IMG/VR virus record: IMGVR_UViG_3300041964_000099
Span: 1 to 64,000 of that record
Length of the DNA stretch: 64,000 nt
Direction: 5' to 3' (one strand)
DNA from: a virus
Under the pieces are notes generated by a model. That model was given only the letters and a program-made list of their open reading frames with translations, had not been told where the DNA came from and did not search any database. The position numbers and the translations under genes are program-made. Position 1 is the stretch's first letter. Each line of letters begins with the position of its first letter. This document shows positions 27,917-37,455 of this stretch, in pieces.

Positions 27917-27950
27917 TCGATCGCCCATGCTGTCTTGCGGGCGATTTTTT
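27917..27950 (+). repeat. CGATCGCCCG hairpin repeat, copy 5
   Basis: TCGATCGCCCATG-CTGTCT-TGCGGGCGAT-TTTTT. Confidence 0.8.
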
Positions 27951-27981
27951 ATTGCCAAATTCACCATAGGAGCATTGCATC

Positions 27982-28701
27982 ATGAATCAGATGAATCTAA
28001 TGAATCGCACTTGGCATCTCACCGATGCTTTAGCAATGAGCTTGAACGAATACAGCTTATTCTGCAAAATCAAACCCCTGCCAGCGGAAGGGTCTGAAGA
28101 ATTGCTAAAAGCGATCGCGGCCAAAGAACACTTCAGCGACTTTGAACACACGACTGAAGAAGAAGAGAAATACCCTGAACCTGGTGACACTATCTTTGTG
28201 CCTACCAAGTGCCCGATCGAAGGGGGCAACTGGAAATGTGAATCCATCAGCCCCAAGCTTTATGAAAACTTGGGCATTGAACTTGCGCACGCGCCCAAAG
28301 AAGTTGCTTCCAGCTTCTTCAAATATGGGGAGATAGTTGCGATCAACCCTGAGAAGAAAATGACTTTTGAGCATGATTTTCGAGAAGCAGTTTTGGCAAT
28401 GCACCAGATGCCAGATGTGCCGATCGAAGTAGATGCAGAGCTGTATGAATACTTCTTGAATGTGCTGCCGCCGTTCGCCTGCCACGTTCGATTGGAATAT
28501 CCTGAAATCATTCGCAAGCTTTTGCCAGACTGCCCGCAATATCGAGCGGTTGAGTACATCACAGGTGAAGGAGATCATAAAGGCGGCTTTCGATCTGGCG
28601 AGCAATACTACATGCTTGGCATCTCCAAAAATGTGATCGTCAAAAGACCAGGTGATAAAGACAAAACAGCCGATCAGCTATATTTCTCCCACACCCTCTA
28701 A
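27982..28701 (+). CDS. hypothetical protein
   Basis: 239 aa; AGGAG RBS. Confidence 0.7.
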   Translation: MNQMNLMNRTWHLTDALAMSLNEYSLFCKIKPLPAEGSEELLKAIAAKEHFSDFEHTTEEEEKYPEPGDTIFVPTKCPIEGGNWKCESISPKLYENLGIELAHAPKEVASSFFKYGEIVAINPEKKMTFEHDFREAVLAMHQMPDVPIEVDAELYEYFLNVLPPFACHVRLEYPEIIRKLLPDCPQYRAVEYITGEGDHKGGFRSGEQYYMLGISKNVIVKRPGDKDKTADQLYFSHTL

Positions 28702-28779
28702 GGCAACTGCCCGATCGCTTCTTCCCCGTGCCTGCGCTGAACTCAGTGCAGGCATTTTTCTAACTGAATTCTTCAATTT

Positions 28780-30246
28780 ATGTTCTGGGAATACGAGCTA
28801 TATCCAACAAATTACCCAATCATCCACCAAATGATTAGGGAGCTGAAAGTGTCTGTGCATAATCGCCGCCGCATTTGCGACCCATCGGCAGGCGATGGAC
28901 GTATTTTAAGCGTCCTGAACAAAACGCACGGCATTTCTAAACGATCGCTATTTGCCTGCGAAATTCAAGATGACCTCGTGACCTTGCTGCAAAGCAAGGG
29001 TTATAAAGTGCTGGAACGTGATTTCCTCCAGTACAACGAGCCGATTCAGTTTGATTTAATTCTGGCAAATCCGCCATTCAGCATGGGTGTGCGTCACGCT
29101 CTGAAGATGTGGAACTGCTTAGAACCTGATGGCGAGATGGTGATTTTGCTCAATTGGCTGTCAATCAGCTTTTTAGAAGAAATCACAGAGAAGACAATCA
29201 ATACCTATCAAGAGCATCTAGGCAATCTGATTAAACAGCATGGCCGATTTAAGCGGCTGGGCCAATGCTTCCGCCAGTCAGAACGTCCTACTGACGTTGA
29301 AGTAGTGATGATCTATCTGCGAAAGCCCAAAGCTAAGCACACCGGCCCCGACTTTGATGGGATCAACGTCACTGAGGATGAAGCAGCAGCAGTAGATGCT
29401 GCATTTACAGAGAATGCGCTAGCCTCAGCCGACATGATCAAATCGATCGTGGCCCAATATCAGTATGCAGTCGAAGGTCTGAAGCTTCGGGCTAAAGGTC
29501 AGACAATGCTTGACTTCTCCAGACGTGGCCTACCTCGCAGAATTGAAGGGGCAACAACGACAGAAGAAGACAACTCATTAATCCAGCGAGTTCCGTTCGA
29601 TCGCCAGGTGTTTGCCCTCAAAGCAGAATTTTGGGCCTTAATCTTTGAGAAAACCTCGGTTGGAAAGCGAGCAACCAGCGACTTTAGGAAGAAGGTTGAA
29701 ACGTATGCCCTAGAAAATGCAAGCATGTCCTTCTCAGAGGACAACATTCGCATCGTCTTGGGCGTGTTCATGTCCAAAATTGGGAGATACATGCAAGATG
29801 CGATCGTTCGCATTTTTGATCAAGCAACGGCTTATCACAAAAACAATACAGTTCACTATCAAGGCTGGGTGACAAATAAGGCTTGGAAAATTAATGACCG
29901 CATCATTATCCCTGACGGCGTGATTTTCAATAATTTCATTAGCGACTTTAGCGCTCACACCACAGTTCTAGACTTTCTCAGGGACTTCGATCGCTGCCTC
30001 TGCTGGATTTCCAATACCGACATCACAGATCCAAGCTTTTTTAGTGGCGCTGAAGCCTTATCCGATAAATGCTACCAAGCAAACAAGGGTGAGGATTACA
30101 AGCCAGAATTTTTCAGCACATTCTTTCGGCTGAAGATGCACAAAACAGGAACGTTGCACATTGATGTGCAAGACCCGCTGCTGCTTGCAGAATTCAACCG
30201 CTGTGCGGCAGAAGGCAAGAACTGGATTGGTGGCAAAGGTTTTTAA
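28780..30246 (+). CDS. N6-adenine DNA methyltransferase with DUF4942-like C-terminus
   Basis: ICDPSAGDG (motif I), FDLILANPPF (motif IV), C-terminal F..K.HKTGTLHI. Confidence 0.85.
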   Translation: MFWEYELYPTNYPIIHQMIRELKVSVHNRRRICDPSAGDGRILSVLNKTHGISKRSLFACEIQDDLVTLLQSKGYKVLERDFLQYNEPIQFDLILANPPFSMGVRHALKMWNCLEPDGEMVILLNWLSISFLEEITEKTINTYQEHLGNLIKQHGRFKRLGQCFRQSERPTDVEVVMIYLRKPKAKHTGPDFDGINVTEDEAAAVDAAFTENALASADMIKSIVAQYQYAVEGLKLRAKGQTMLDFSRRGLPRRIEGATTTEEDNSLIQRVPFDRQVFALKAEFWALIFEKTSVGKRATSDFRKKVETYALENASMSFSEDNIRIVLGVFMSKIGRYMQDAIVRIFDQATAYHKNNTVHYQGWVTNKAWKINDRIIIPDGVIFNNFISDFSAHTTVLDFLRDFDRCLCWISNTDITDPSFFSGAEALSDKCYQANKGEDYKPEFFSTFFRLKMHKTGTLHIDVQDPLLLAEFNRCAAEGKNWIGGKGF

Positions 30247-30390
30247 TTTGATATTGCCACTAGGAACAAACTTTTCAAAGTTTCAAACTCACCTTATCGC
30301 TTCTGAAATCGACCGCAGCTCGATCGCGTTTCAGTCCTGCGCTGGGGCGTTTCTTGTTGTCCACCCTAACACCAATACCTACTAACGATC

Positions 30391-30798
30391 ATGCAAAGAG
30401 ATTTTTCTCAGTTTCAACAAATCGCTGATGAATTGGGGATTGCCTCAGACAAAGCGCTACAAGAATGTGCCGCACGGGAAGCAATCAACAAACTATGCTC
30501 TCTATGGAGCGAATGGCTTTCAGATTCGGATCTGACAGACGATCTTCTTCTCTCAGATATCAACGAAGTGATCCTAAATCTCAGCAAATGGAAAAATGCG
30601 ATCGCTGCAAAACTGATGACAGAACCTCACAGCGACTCAAAAGGTAAAGGTACTTACGTTGTTGATGTGCCATGCCTTGATAAGCAGTGGGAAGAGGTAG
30701 ACACTTTTGATTCGTGGGAAGAAGCCGTTGCGTTTTGCGAGAACAATTTCGGGGCCGACGAAAATGGGTGCGTCTCGCTCATCACCGAAGTTGAATGA
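30391..30798 (+). CDS. hypothetical protein
   Basis: 135 aa. Confidence 0.6.
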   Translation: MQRDFSQFQQIADELGIASDKALQECAAREAINKLCSLWSEWLSDSDLTDDLLLSDINEVILNLSKWKNAIAAKLMTEPHSDSKGKGTYVVDVPCLDKQWEEVDTFDSWEEAVAFCENNFGADENGCVSLITEVE

Positions 30799-30899
30799 AG
30801 CAAATGAGGTAGAAAAAGTCAGCAACGAATTTTCTCACAAAGCAAGCCCGATCGCGCCTCAGACAAACCTTTCAAATTCAACTTATTAGGAGATTCATC

Positions 30900-31373
30900 A
30901 TGTCCAACAACGCAGCTCAACCGATCGTCGTTCAGCATCAAGAGCGCCCAGATTCAAACATCGATGCTCGGATAGAAAACTTGCCGCCCGACTTGTTCGC
31001 CGCGATCGCCAAGCTAATTCAAGATTTCAAGCCGCTGCCACCTGGCTGCAAGCCTTACAAAGCCACGATTAGAATCATGCAGGATGGCTTTCAATATGAT
31101 TTTGACGAGCTGTTTGTAGCCTCGGCTGAAGAAGACTACAACGACATTGCAGACACAATTGGCCTGTTCTGGCTGCATACGCCGGACGGCTTAGAGCCAG
31201 ATGAAGACGATTACGAAGACGCCGCCGAACAAAACGAAAACGACGAGCGCAGTGTTGAAGTGTTTCGCGAGGAGATTTCACCTGTAGATTACTACTTGAA
31301 GCGCGGCCATCTTCGCGGGGGAAATCCTTCAGACACGGAACTTCAAGTTTATCTGAAACGGAAAGAGCAATAG
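30900..31373 (+). CDS. acidic hypothetical protein
   Basis: 157 aa; AGGAG RBS. Confidence 0.65.
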   Translation: MSNNAAQPIVVQHQERPDSNIDARIENLPPDLFAAIAKLIQDFKPLPPGCKPYKATIRIMQDGFQYDFDELFVASAEEDYNDIADTIGLFWLHTPDGLEPDEDDYEDAAEQNENDERSVEVFREEISPVDYYLKRGHLRGGNPSDTELQVYLKRKEQ

Positions 31374-31951
31374 CGATCGCTTGCCGCTAGCTTGGGCGAT
31401 CGTCTCATCTTCAGTCAGCTTGCGAGTCAGAATGAAGTGCGGCTGGAGATGGATGACGATCGTTCAACGCCGCAGCAACTTCGTTAATCCGTTTTATGAT
31501 AAATAGTTTCTGAATCTAGATTCTAGGGAGTGATTTGTGAACGTTTTTGCAACAGGTTTGACCTATCGAGGCTGGAATATTGAGATAGGAGAGGATAAAG
31601 GGTATCACTATCGCATGTTTGAGCCAGAGATCAACTATGGTGGCTGGGTGAAGAAACATTTAGCCGATCCTGTGGCAGTGATCATTGCTGCCAAGCAAGA
31701 TATCGACGTGACTGTAGATGGGCGCGATCGCCAGCACAATCGACTTTCATGTGCGATCGAGCTGGCTTGCCATTGGCAAGTTACTCCAATTGTTGTAGAG
31801 GTTTAATCAACGCCTCCTGATTGGGCATTGAATGCAGTGAGCAATCCTCAACAATGACAAAAATTCCAGGCTGGCAAAAGATTATTACTTAAAGCGCGGC
31901 CATCTTCGCGGGGAAAATCCCTCAGAAACGGAAAGAGCGATAGCGATCGCT
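31286..31951 (+). repeat. direct repeat pair (31286-31381 and 31879-31951) ending at HIP1
   Basis: AGATTA(C/T)TACTT(G/A)AAGCGCGGCCATCTTCGCGGGG...AACGGAAAGAGC(A/G)ATAGCGATCGCT; second copy lacks about 24 bp. Confidence 0.85.
31537..31806 (+). CDS. hypothetical protein
   Basis: 89 aa; GTG start after GGGAG. Confidence 0.55.
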   Translation: MNVFATGLTYRGWNIEIGEDKGYHYRMFEPEINYGGWVKKHLADPVAVIIAAKQDIDVTVDGRDRQHNRLSCAIELACHWQVTPIVVEV

Positions 31952-32032
31952 CATCCCTAAATCGAATTCGACAAACGCCTTTGCACATTGCAGAGGCGTT
32001 TGTTTTTTGCGCCAACTCATTCATTTAGCAAC

Positions 32033-33109
32033 ATGCTGACATTTTCATCAACGCCACTCCCTACAGCGGTGTTAGAGGCGATCGTCCAGAGTCCAGTGCG
32101 CAAACTGGGCGATCGCAGCTATGCCCTCGAATTGCCGCCCATGAGCCACGAGGATTATCAAGCCTGCAAGAAAGTCATGGTGGCTCTGCGGGGAATGTGG
32201 AGCAGTTCAAAGCAGGCCCACCTGTTTAGCTATGACCCGACTGCGGCGATCGCCAGCCTGATTCAAGCTGGAACGTTCCCCAAAACCAATCCGCATCAGT
32301 TTCACCCAACACCAGAAATTGAAATTGAAGACTTGCTGGATTTCATCGGCCTCTGTGATTGGCCCTGGCAGGAAGACATCACAGGATTAGAGCCGAGCGC
32401 TGGAGATGGCCGATTGGCTCTAGCTGCTCAAAAACGCAGTCCCAGAGCGAAGCTCGATGTCGTTGAGATTGACCCATTCAATCGCGAAATTCTCGCGGGC
32501 CTGGGCCTGCATCTAGTGGGCAGTGACTGGCTTAAAACCACGCTTGAGAAAGAATACGATTTTGTCGTCCTCAACCCGCCATTTAAGGGAACCCAGTACG
32601 TTGACCACACTTTGAAGGCGTTCGACGCTCTAAAAATGTTTCGGCAGCTTGGGGCGATCGTGCCAGAAATAATGCTGTCAGACTCATCTCCAAAAGTGCG
32701 ACGCTTTCGCAACCTCATTGCGGAGTGCGGCTGGTGGGAGCCAATCGGCGCTCCGTTTAAAACAACCAAAACGCGCTGCCTGATGATCCGGCTCGATCGC
32801 CTCAGTCAGGCCGAGCGCGATCGCGGCTGGCAGCAGATGGGCGCATACGAATCGCGATACCACTGCGATATCGAGCAGGCACTCGAAACCGATGGGCAAT
32901 GGTATGAATTCATGCAGTCGCTGGCTAAAGAGGAGTCTAAGGCCCACGTCAAAGCAATGCTGCCCGTCCGCCTGACTCAAGCCGTAGAGCGAATGATTCG
33001 CGAAGAATACTGCTGTTTTCTCTACAACGATCGCGTGAAGGCGCAACTGATGCGATCGCTACTGCGCGAGCTGGGCCTTGAGCCTGATCAACGCTGGCAA
33101 GCTGCTTAG
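32033..33109 (+). CDS. N6-adenine DNA methyltransferase (orphan)
   Basis: QFHPTP, LEPSAGDG, VEID, YDFVVLNPPF; probable ATG 32033. Confidence 0.85.
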   Translation: MLTFSSTPLPTAVLEAIVQSPVRKLGDRSYALELPPMSHEDYQACKKVMVALRGMWSSSKQAHLFSYDPTAAIASLIQAGTFPKTNPHQFHPTPEIEIEDLLDFIGLCDWPWQEDITGLEPSAGDGRLALAAQKRSPRAKLDVVEIDPFNREILAGLGLHLVGSDWLKTTLEKEYDFVVLNPPFKGTQYVDHTLKAFDALKMFRQLGAIVPEIMLSDSSPKVRRFRNLIAECGWWEPIGAPFKTTKTRCLMIRLDRLSQAERDRGWQQMGAYESRYHCDIEQALETDGQWYEFMQSLAKEESKAHVKAMLPVRLTQAVERMIREEYCCFLYNDRVKAQLMRSLLRELGLEPDQRWQAA

Positions 33110-33118
33110 GAAAAAACT

Positions 33119-33610
33119 ATGGGACTACGACAGCTCAATTGGGAAGAAGCGATCGGGCAGAAGGTGCGAATTTATCGCAACCTGAACAACGGCACGATGT
33201 CGATTCAGCAAAAAATTGAGAAAAGCTGGAAAGTCACCGGCCACATCACTGAAGCTGTGTTGAAAGATGTGCGCTTCGTCGTTTCAGAGGCAAGCCGTCA
33301 GCGAGTGATTCGTGAACGTTGCAAAAATGTTCACGCTTATGGTGAAGGAATTTTGGTCGGGATGCGTGATGAAACGATTTATGCGCCCTATCGCCTAGCG
33401 TACAACCCTTACACCGATTGTAAGTTCCTCGATCGCGAGTCACGCCAGACGATCGAGCGCTGCGCGTTTCTCGTGGTGCGCAACAACTTGGTCTTCGTCA
33501 GTGCGGATGCACTGCCCGCGAATGATCGATCGCCCGCTGCTCGCCGTAGTCCCAAGCTGCCGCAGTTCAACTTGATTCAGTTCCAGCAGTTTGCGATCGC
33601 TGCGGCTTAA
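33119..33610 (+). CDS. phage-type hypothetical protein
   Basis: VRIYRNL...SIQ...FVVSEASRQRVIRE..KNVHAY..G...YNPY pattern seen in phage proteins. Confidence 0.7.
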   Translation: MGLRQLNWEEAIGQKVRIYRNLNNGTMSIQQKIEKSWKVTGHITEAVLKDVRFVVSEASRQRVIRERCKNVHAYGEGILVGMRDETIYAPYRLAYNPYTDCKFLDRESRQTIERCAFLVVRNNLVFVSADALPANDRSPAARRSPKLPQFNLIQFQQFAIAAA

Positions 33611-33665
33611 GCCAGATCACGATCGCCAACAGCACGTAAAAAAATCCACTTACAACGTCAACCCT

Positions 33666-33965
33666 ATGCTGACGCATTTATCCTATTGCGGCTCTGATCA
33701 TGGCGTGCAGCTATACGATCGTTTCCGCTTTCCACTAAATTTCTCACGCCCTGACGAAATCTACCCTTACACCTGGAGGGCGATCGCCTTTGGTGGCCCT
33801 GGCCGCCCAGAAACCGTGCTGGTAGAGCGGCTGCACGACGGCTGCCAGCGCTGGCTTTCGACGCGGCTGGCGTCACATTATCTGCTGTATGACTATCACC
33901 GTGCGCAGCGGTTTAATGAACTTTGGGGGGAAAGACTGCGCAAATATCGAGCAAAAACTCGGTAA
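33666..33965 (+). CDS. hypothetical protein
   Basis: Probable ATG 33666. Confidence 0.5.
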   Translation: MLTHLSYCGSDHGVQLYDRFRFPLNFSRPDEIYPYTWRAIAFGGPGRPETVLVERLHDGCQRWLSTRLASHYLLYDYHRAQRFNELWGERLRKYRAKTR

Positions 33966-34096
33966 AACTCGATCGAGTTGTTCACGTTTACGGTGAGCTT
34001 GAATCAAATCACGATCGCCAACATCAAACAAGCAAAACTGCTGTTAGCGATTGGTACGCTTGTTCTACTATTGACATTAAATCAAGGAGTTGAATC

Positions 34097-34423
34097 ATGC
34101 AGATCATGGCAGAGAAAGACGGATTTCATTATGGAGACGTTAAAATTCAGCGGCTTAGCCTGCGCACTAAAGAATCGCCGCACAACCTTGCCGATCGCGC
34201 AGTGTTCGGCGATCGTCCCGCTAGCGGAACACTAACTTACACCAAAGGCTTGCAGCATTGGACTGTGACGGCGAGCGGCAATACCCTAACCAATGTCCTT
34301 CATGCCAGCTTGCACCGCGCCAAGGACATTGCGAACAAAGTTGCGCTTGGAGCATCTGATCCTGTGGATATTGCCGCTGATCTAGAAGCAGCAGGCTGGG
34401 AAGTTTACCCGGAGTTGCCATGA
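34097..34423 (+). CDS. hypothetical protein
   Basis: 108 aa; AGGAG upstream. Confidence 0.6.
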   Translation: MQIMAEKDGFHYGDVKIQRLSLRTKESPHNLADRAVFGDRPASGTLTYTKGLQHWTVTASGNTLTNVLHASLHRAKDIANKVALGASDPVDIAADLEAAGWEVYPELP

Positions 34424-34626
34424 GCCTAATGCAAGATTTAGAGCAATCGCTGAGTTTTTTGGGGCTGAGCTTAGTCGATATCAGCGATCGCCCTCCGTAC
34501 AACGAGCGCAAAGGTAAAACCTACGGTGTGTTCCAAGGAGCGCAAATGCTTTGCTCTTATGCCACACCTCGGCAGATCCGAGATTGGATGACTAGAAAAA
34601 TCAGCAGCAAAAAAAGCCATGAGTAA
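34420..34626 (+). CDS. hypothetical protein
   Basis: 68 aa; ATGA coupling. Confidence 0.55.
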   Translation: MSLMQDLEQSLSFLGLSLVDISDRPPYNERKGKTYGVFQGAQMLCSYATPRQIRDWMTRKISSKKSHE

Positions 34627-34945
34627 AGCACCAAAACTATCTGAATACCAGCGCGACATCCTAGCTGCCATGCGGAGATGGTTTGACCAGAATCCTGCTC
34701 CAGTGAAAATTGGGGCGCTGGTTCGCCTCAAAGCAAATAGCGGTCTGTTGGCAAATCCTGAATGCGATGCGGTCATCATTGGAGCCACGACAGAATGCGC
34801 CCTTGATTTAGATGATGATCGCGAATACCTCAGCGATCGAATTTGGGTCTATTATGTGCAGCCGCTGCTGCGCGACAAAGACGGGGATGACTGGCAAGAC
34901 GGCAAGGCTGAGCCAGAAGACATTCTGTTTGTCTATTCGGAATGA
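34619..34945 (+). CDS. hypothetical protein
   Basis: 108 aa; overlaps previous stop. Confidence 0.6.
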   Translation: MSKAPKLSEYQRDILAAMRRWFDQNPAPVKIGALVRLKANSGLLANPECDAVIIGATTECALDLDDDREYLSDRIWVYYVQPLLRDKDGDDWQDGKAEPEDILFVYSE

Positions 34946-35020
34946 TTTTGCGGGCCGCAGCCGCCGTAGGTTGTGGCTGCGATCGTTGACACTATCAACA
35001 TTCAATTTTGAGGAGTAGCC

Positions 35021-35533
35021 ATGTCCAGCGGATATAACGAGGAAATTGATGCAGCGATTATTGCCAAAAATTTAGAATCTGAGCTGATTGACGATTTGGT
35101 TAATGCCTATTTTGAGCTGTCTTCGTTTCCAGAAAGTCTGTCAGAATTTCCTGACTGGTTTCAAGAGAAGGTCGCAACAGAAGTACAGGAGTTTGACAAC
35201 AACACAGACTATGCCGAAAGCGGCGACGCGCAAGAAATCTTGAAGCGATACCCACAGTACGATTCCAACTTAAGCATTGAATCTTCCACAATCGAATGCA
35301 GCGTAGACCTTAAGGGGCTGCTGAGTTCAGTAGCCGCTGCTGTCCTTGAAAAAGCTGTTTACGCAGCACTTGATCAGCGGTTTTACACGATCTCCCAACT
35401 TGACTGGGATGAAATCGTTCAAGACTATCGCGATGGAGGCATGGAGATCGAATGGTCTCCAGACGATTCACCTTGGCCGGATTCGGAAGAACTTCGAGAA
35501 ATTATCACTGAAACTGTCACTGTAGAAGGATAA
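35021..35533 (+). CDS. acidic hypothetical protein
   Basis: 170 aa; GAGGAG RBS. Confidence 0.7.
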   Translation: MSSGYNEEIDAAIIAKNLESELIDDLVNAYFELSSFPESLSEFPDWFQEKVATEVQEFDNNTDYAESGDAQEILKRYPQYDSNLSIESSTIECSVDLKGLLSSVAAAVLEKAVYAALDQRFYTISQLDWDEIVQDYRDGGMEIEWSPDDSPWPDSEELREIITETVTVEG

Positions 35534-35538
35534 AGCCG

Positions 35539-36468
35539 ATGTCTTCAATTCAACCTCCAAATCAACATTTAGTTGGCAAAAAGTTCATCGACCCCGACGA
35601 CAGCCAAGGGCTGTTGGAAGTCGTTGAAGTGTGCAGCGCAGAGCCTGAATATGTGCTAGTCAGATTTATAGGCACTGAAACAGTCTGGCAGCAATCAACA
35701 GAGTCTGTTGAAGCATTGCTGCACAGTGTTGTAGCAGATCTTTCAAAACACGGAACGTTTGAAACTTTCGACAATCCCGATCGGTCTGCCAAACTTCATT
35801 ATTATTCTGAATATCTGTGCAATGGGTATCGATTTGAAATTGCTGAAGAAGAGGGAACCGATACCACCCCTTCCCTTTTCTCAGTTACTGCTATTGGCTC
35901 AACTCCTAGTGCTTCAAACCAACCAGGTTTACGCACGAAGATAAAAATCAATTGCAAAGAGCGTTGGGAGGCAAAAAGCTGGGGCGAAGCTGAAATGATA
36001 GCTTTCCCAAGGATTTACCGTCATGCGTTTCTGGCAGACGGAATTACTTACTCTCAGCTTGAGAAGCTGTATCAGCAAGGGCAAGCTCAGTTTGCCGTCG
36101 ATCACATCAACCATCGTGAAATTGTGTGGCGAGGCACACGCTATTACTGCGGCTGGTCTTCCGAAAAAACCGATACTACTCCAGGCTGGATCGTTTACGA
36201 CGCAGCCAAAGAAATCAATCTGTCGCTTATTGATGTGGCCGTTGTGCCGATGGCTAAAGCTGAGCGAGTGAAGTCATTCAGTCAGTATGAACAAGAAATT
36301 TCAGCACTGATTAAGTCTGCTACTCCTAGCGATTATCTTGTAGACCTTGATAAGCAAGATCTAGACGAAATCAAAGGTCAAATCTTGACTCATTTAATGC
36401 AAAATAATGGCCGAGTTTCTGACTCAGATGTTTGCGCCATTGTCCGTGAAATACTTGCCAAGCTCTAG
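35539..36468 (+). CDS. multi-module hypothetical protein
   Basis: 309 aa. Confidence 0.7.
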   Translation: MSSIQPPNQHLVGKKFIDPDDSQGLLEVVEVCSAEPEYVLVRFIGTETVWQQSTESVEALLHSVVADLSKHGTFETFDNPDRSAKLHYYSEYLCNGYRFEIAEEEGTDTTPSLFSVTAIGSTPSASNQPGLRTKIKINCKERWEAKSWGEAEMIAFPRIYRHAFLADGITYSQLEKLYQQGQAQFAVDHINHREIVWRGTRYYCGWSSEKTDTTPGWIVYDAAKEINLSLIDVAVVPMAKAERVKSFSQYEQEISALIKSATPSDYLVDLDKQDLDEIKGQILTHLMQNNGRVSDSDVCAIVREILAKL

Positions 36469-36488
36469 AAGCAACAAGGAGAGAACCC

Positions 36489-37370
36489 ATGCCGATTAAA
36501 TTTATGTCCTACCTCAATACAGATGAAATATCGATCGAGGAGCTTCAAGCGCTCGCCAAAGAAGAAGAGATTGTTGCCCGTGCAGAATTTTCTGGCTCAG
36601 AAGGCTGCTTCGTTGAAGTGTGTCGCTGGAACCCAGCCACACAATGCTTTGAAAGATACTGCTTTGAAAAGTTTCTAGGGGGTGAGCTGGGTAATGATGC
36701 AAATGCACTTGATACCGCGATCGCCGTCGCCGCACAAATTGCGCCGCTGACGCCCGATCATCGACTCTTCAGGTCTATGTCTAGGTGGTCTGGCCTGCAA
36801 ATCAAAAGTGAATCATCTCCTGCTCCAATTCAACCTTCAAGAAAATTAAGCTTTATTCAATCGAGTAGAGCTGGATACTTTGAAGCTGCTCGAAGCAAAA
36901 TGCGAGGGCAAGGCATCGTAGACGATGTAATCCTCTTCGTTGAAGACGAAGAAAGCAGAATCGAAGCGATCATGACTTGGTATGTGCTTCCTAATCAAAA
37001 CTGGCCTTCTCCTGTTCTGGAACTGTTTGATGAAGCATGGAGAATGTTCAACGTGCTTCCAGACCTGTTTCAAAATCTCGCTGAAATCAGCAAAGCTCAA
37101 TCAGAACGAAGTATTCAACCTGCCGAATTTTGCAAGCTGCTGAAACAGCTTGGATTTGTAGATGAAACCATACAAGGCCCAACGGTCAAAGAATACGATG
37201 CCTTAAAAGCGGCTGCACATCATTATGGTGTGCAGTGGAAAGGATTCTTAAAAGACTGCTGGAGAACAGGTAAGTTTCCACAGGCGCTTGCAGGGCAGGT
37301 AGACGAGTTGCGGGCATTGCATCGTCGGCTGGGGGAATCCTGGCTGAATCCGTTTGAGCTGCGTCTGTAG
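36489..37370 (+). CDS. multi-module hypothetical protein
   Basis: 293 aa; AGGAG RBS. Confidence 0.7.
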   Translation: MPIKFMSYLNTDEISIEELQALAKEEEIVARAEFSGSEGCFVEVCRWNPATQCFERYCFEKFLGGELGNDANALDTAIAVAAQIAPLTPDHRLFRSMSRWSGLQIKSESSPAPIQPSRKLSFIQSSRAGYFEAARSKMRGQGIVDDVILFVEDEESRIEAIMTWYVLPNQNWPSPVLELFDEAWRMFNVLPDLFQNLAEISKAQSERSIQPAEFCKLLKQLGFVDETIQGPTVKEYDALKAAAHHYGVQWKGFLKDCWRTGKFPQALAGQVDELRALHRRLGESWLNPFELRL

Positions 37371-37455
37371 CTATCAATCTCATCCATGCCCGACTTGATG
37401 CGATCGAAAAACGGCTAGACAAAGATTAACAATTTCACTTATCAGGAGAACGCCC

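Noticed and set aside
22808-27950. Integron attC cassette array with the 2295-3281 recombinase as IntI
   Set aside because: The repeats lack RYYYAAC/GTTRRRY boundaries, and the recombinase shows no IntI-specific insertion before the HxxR box; cassette-like recombination is not fully excluded
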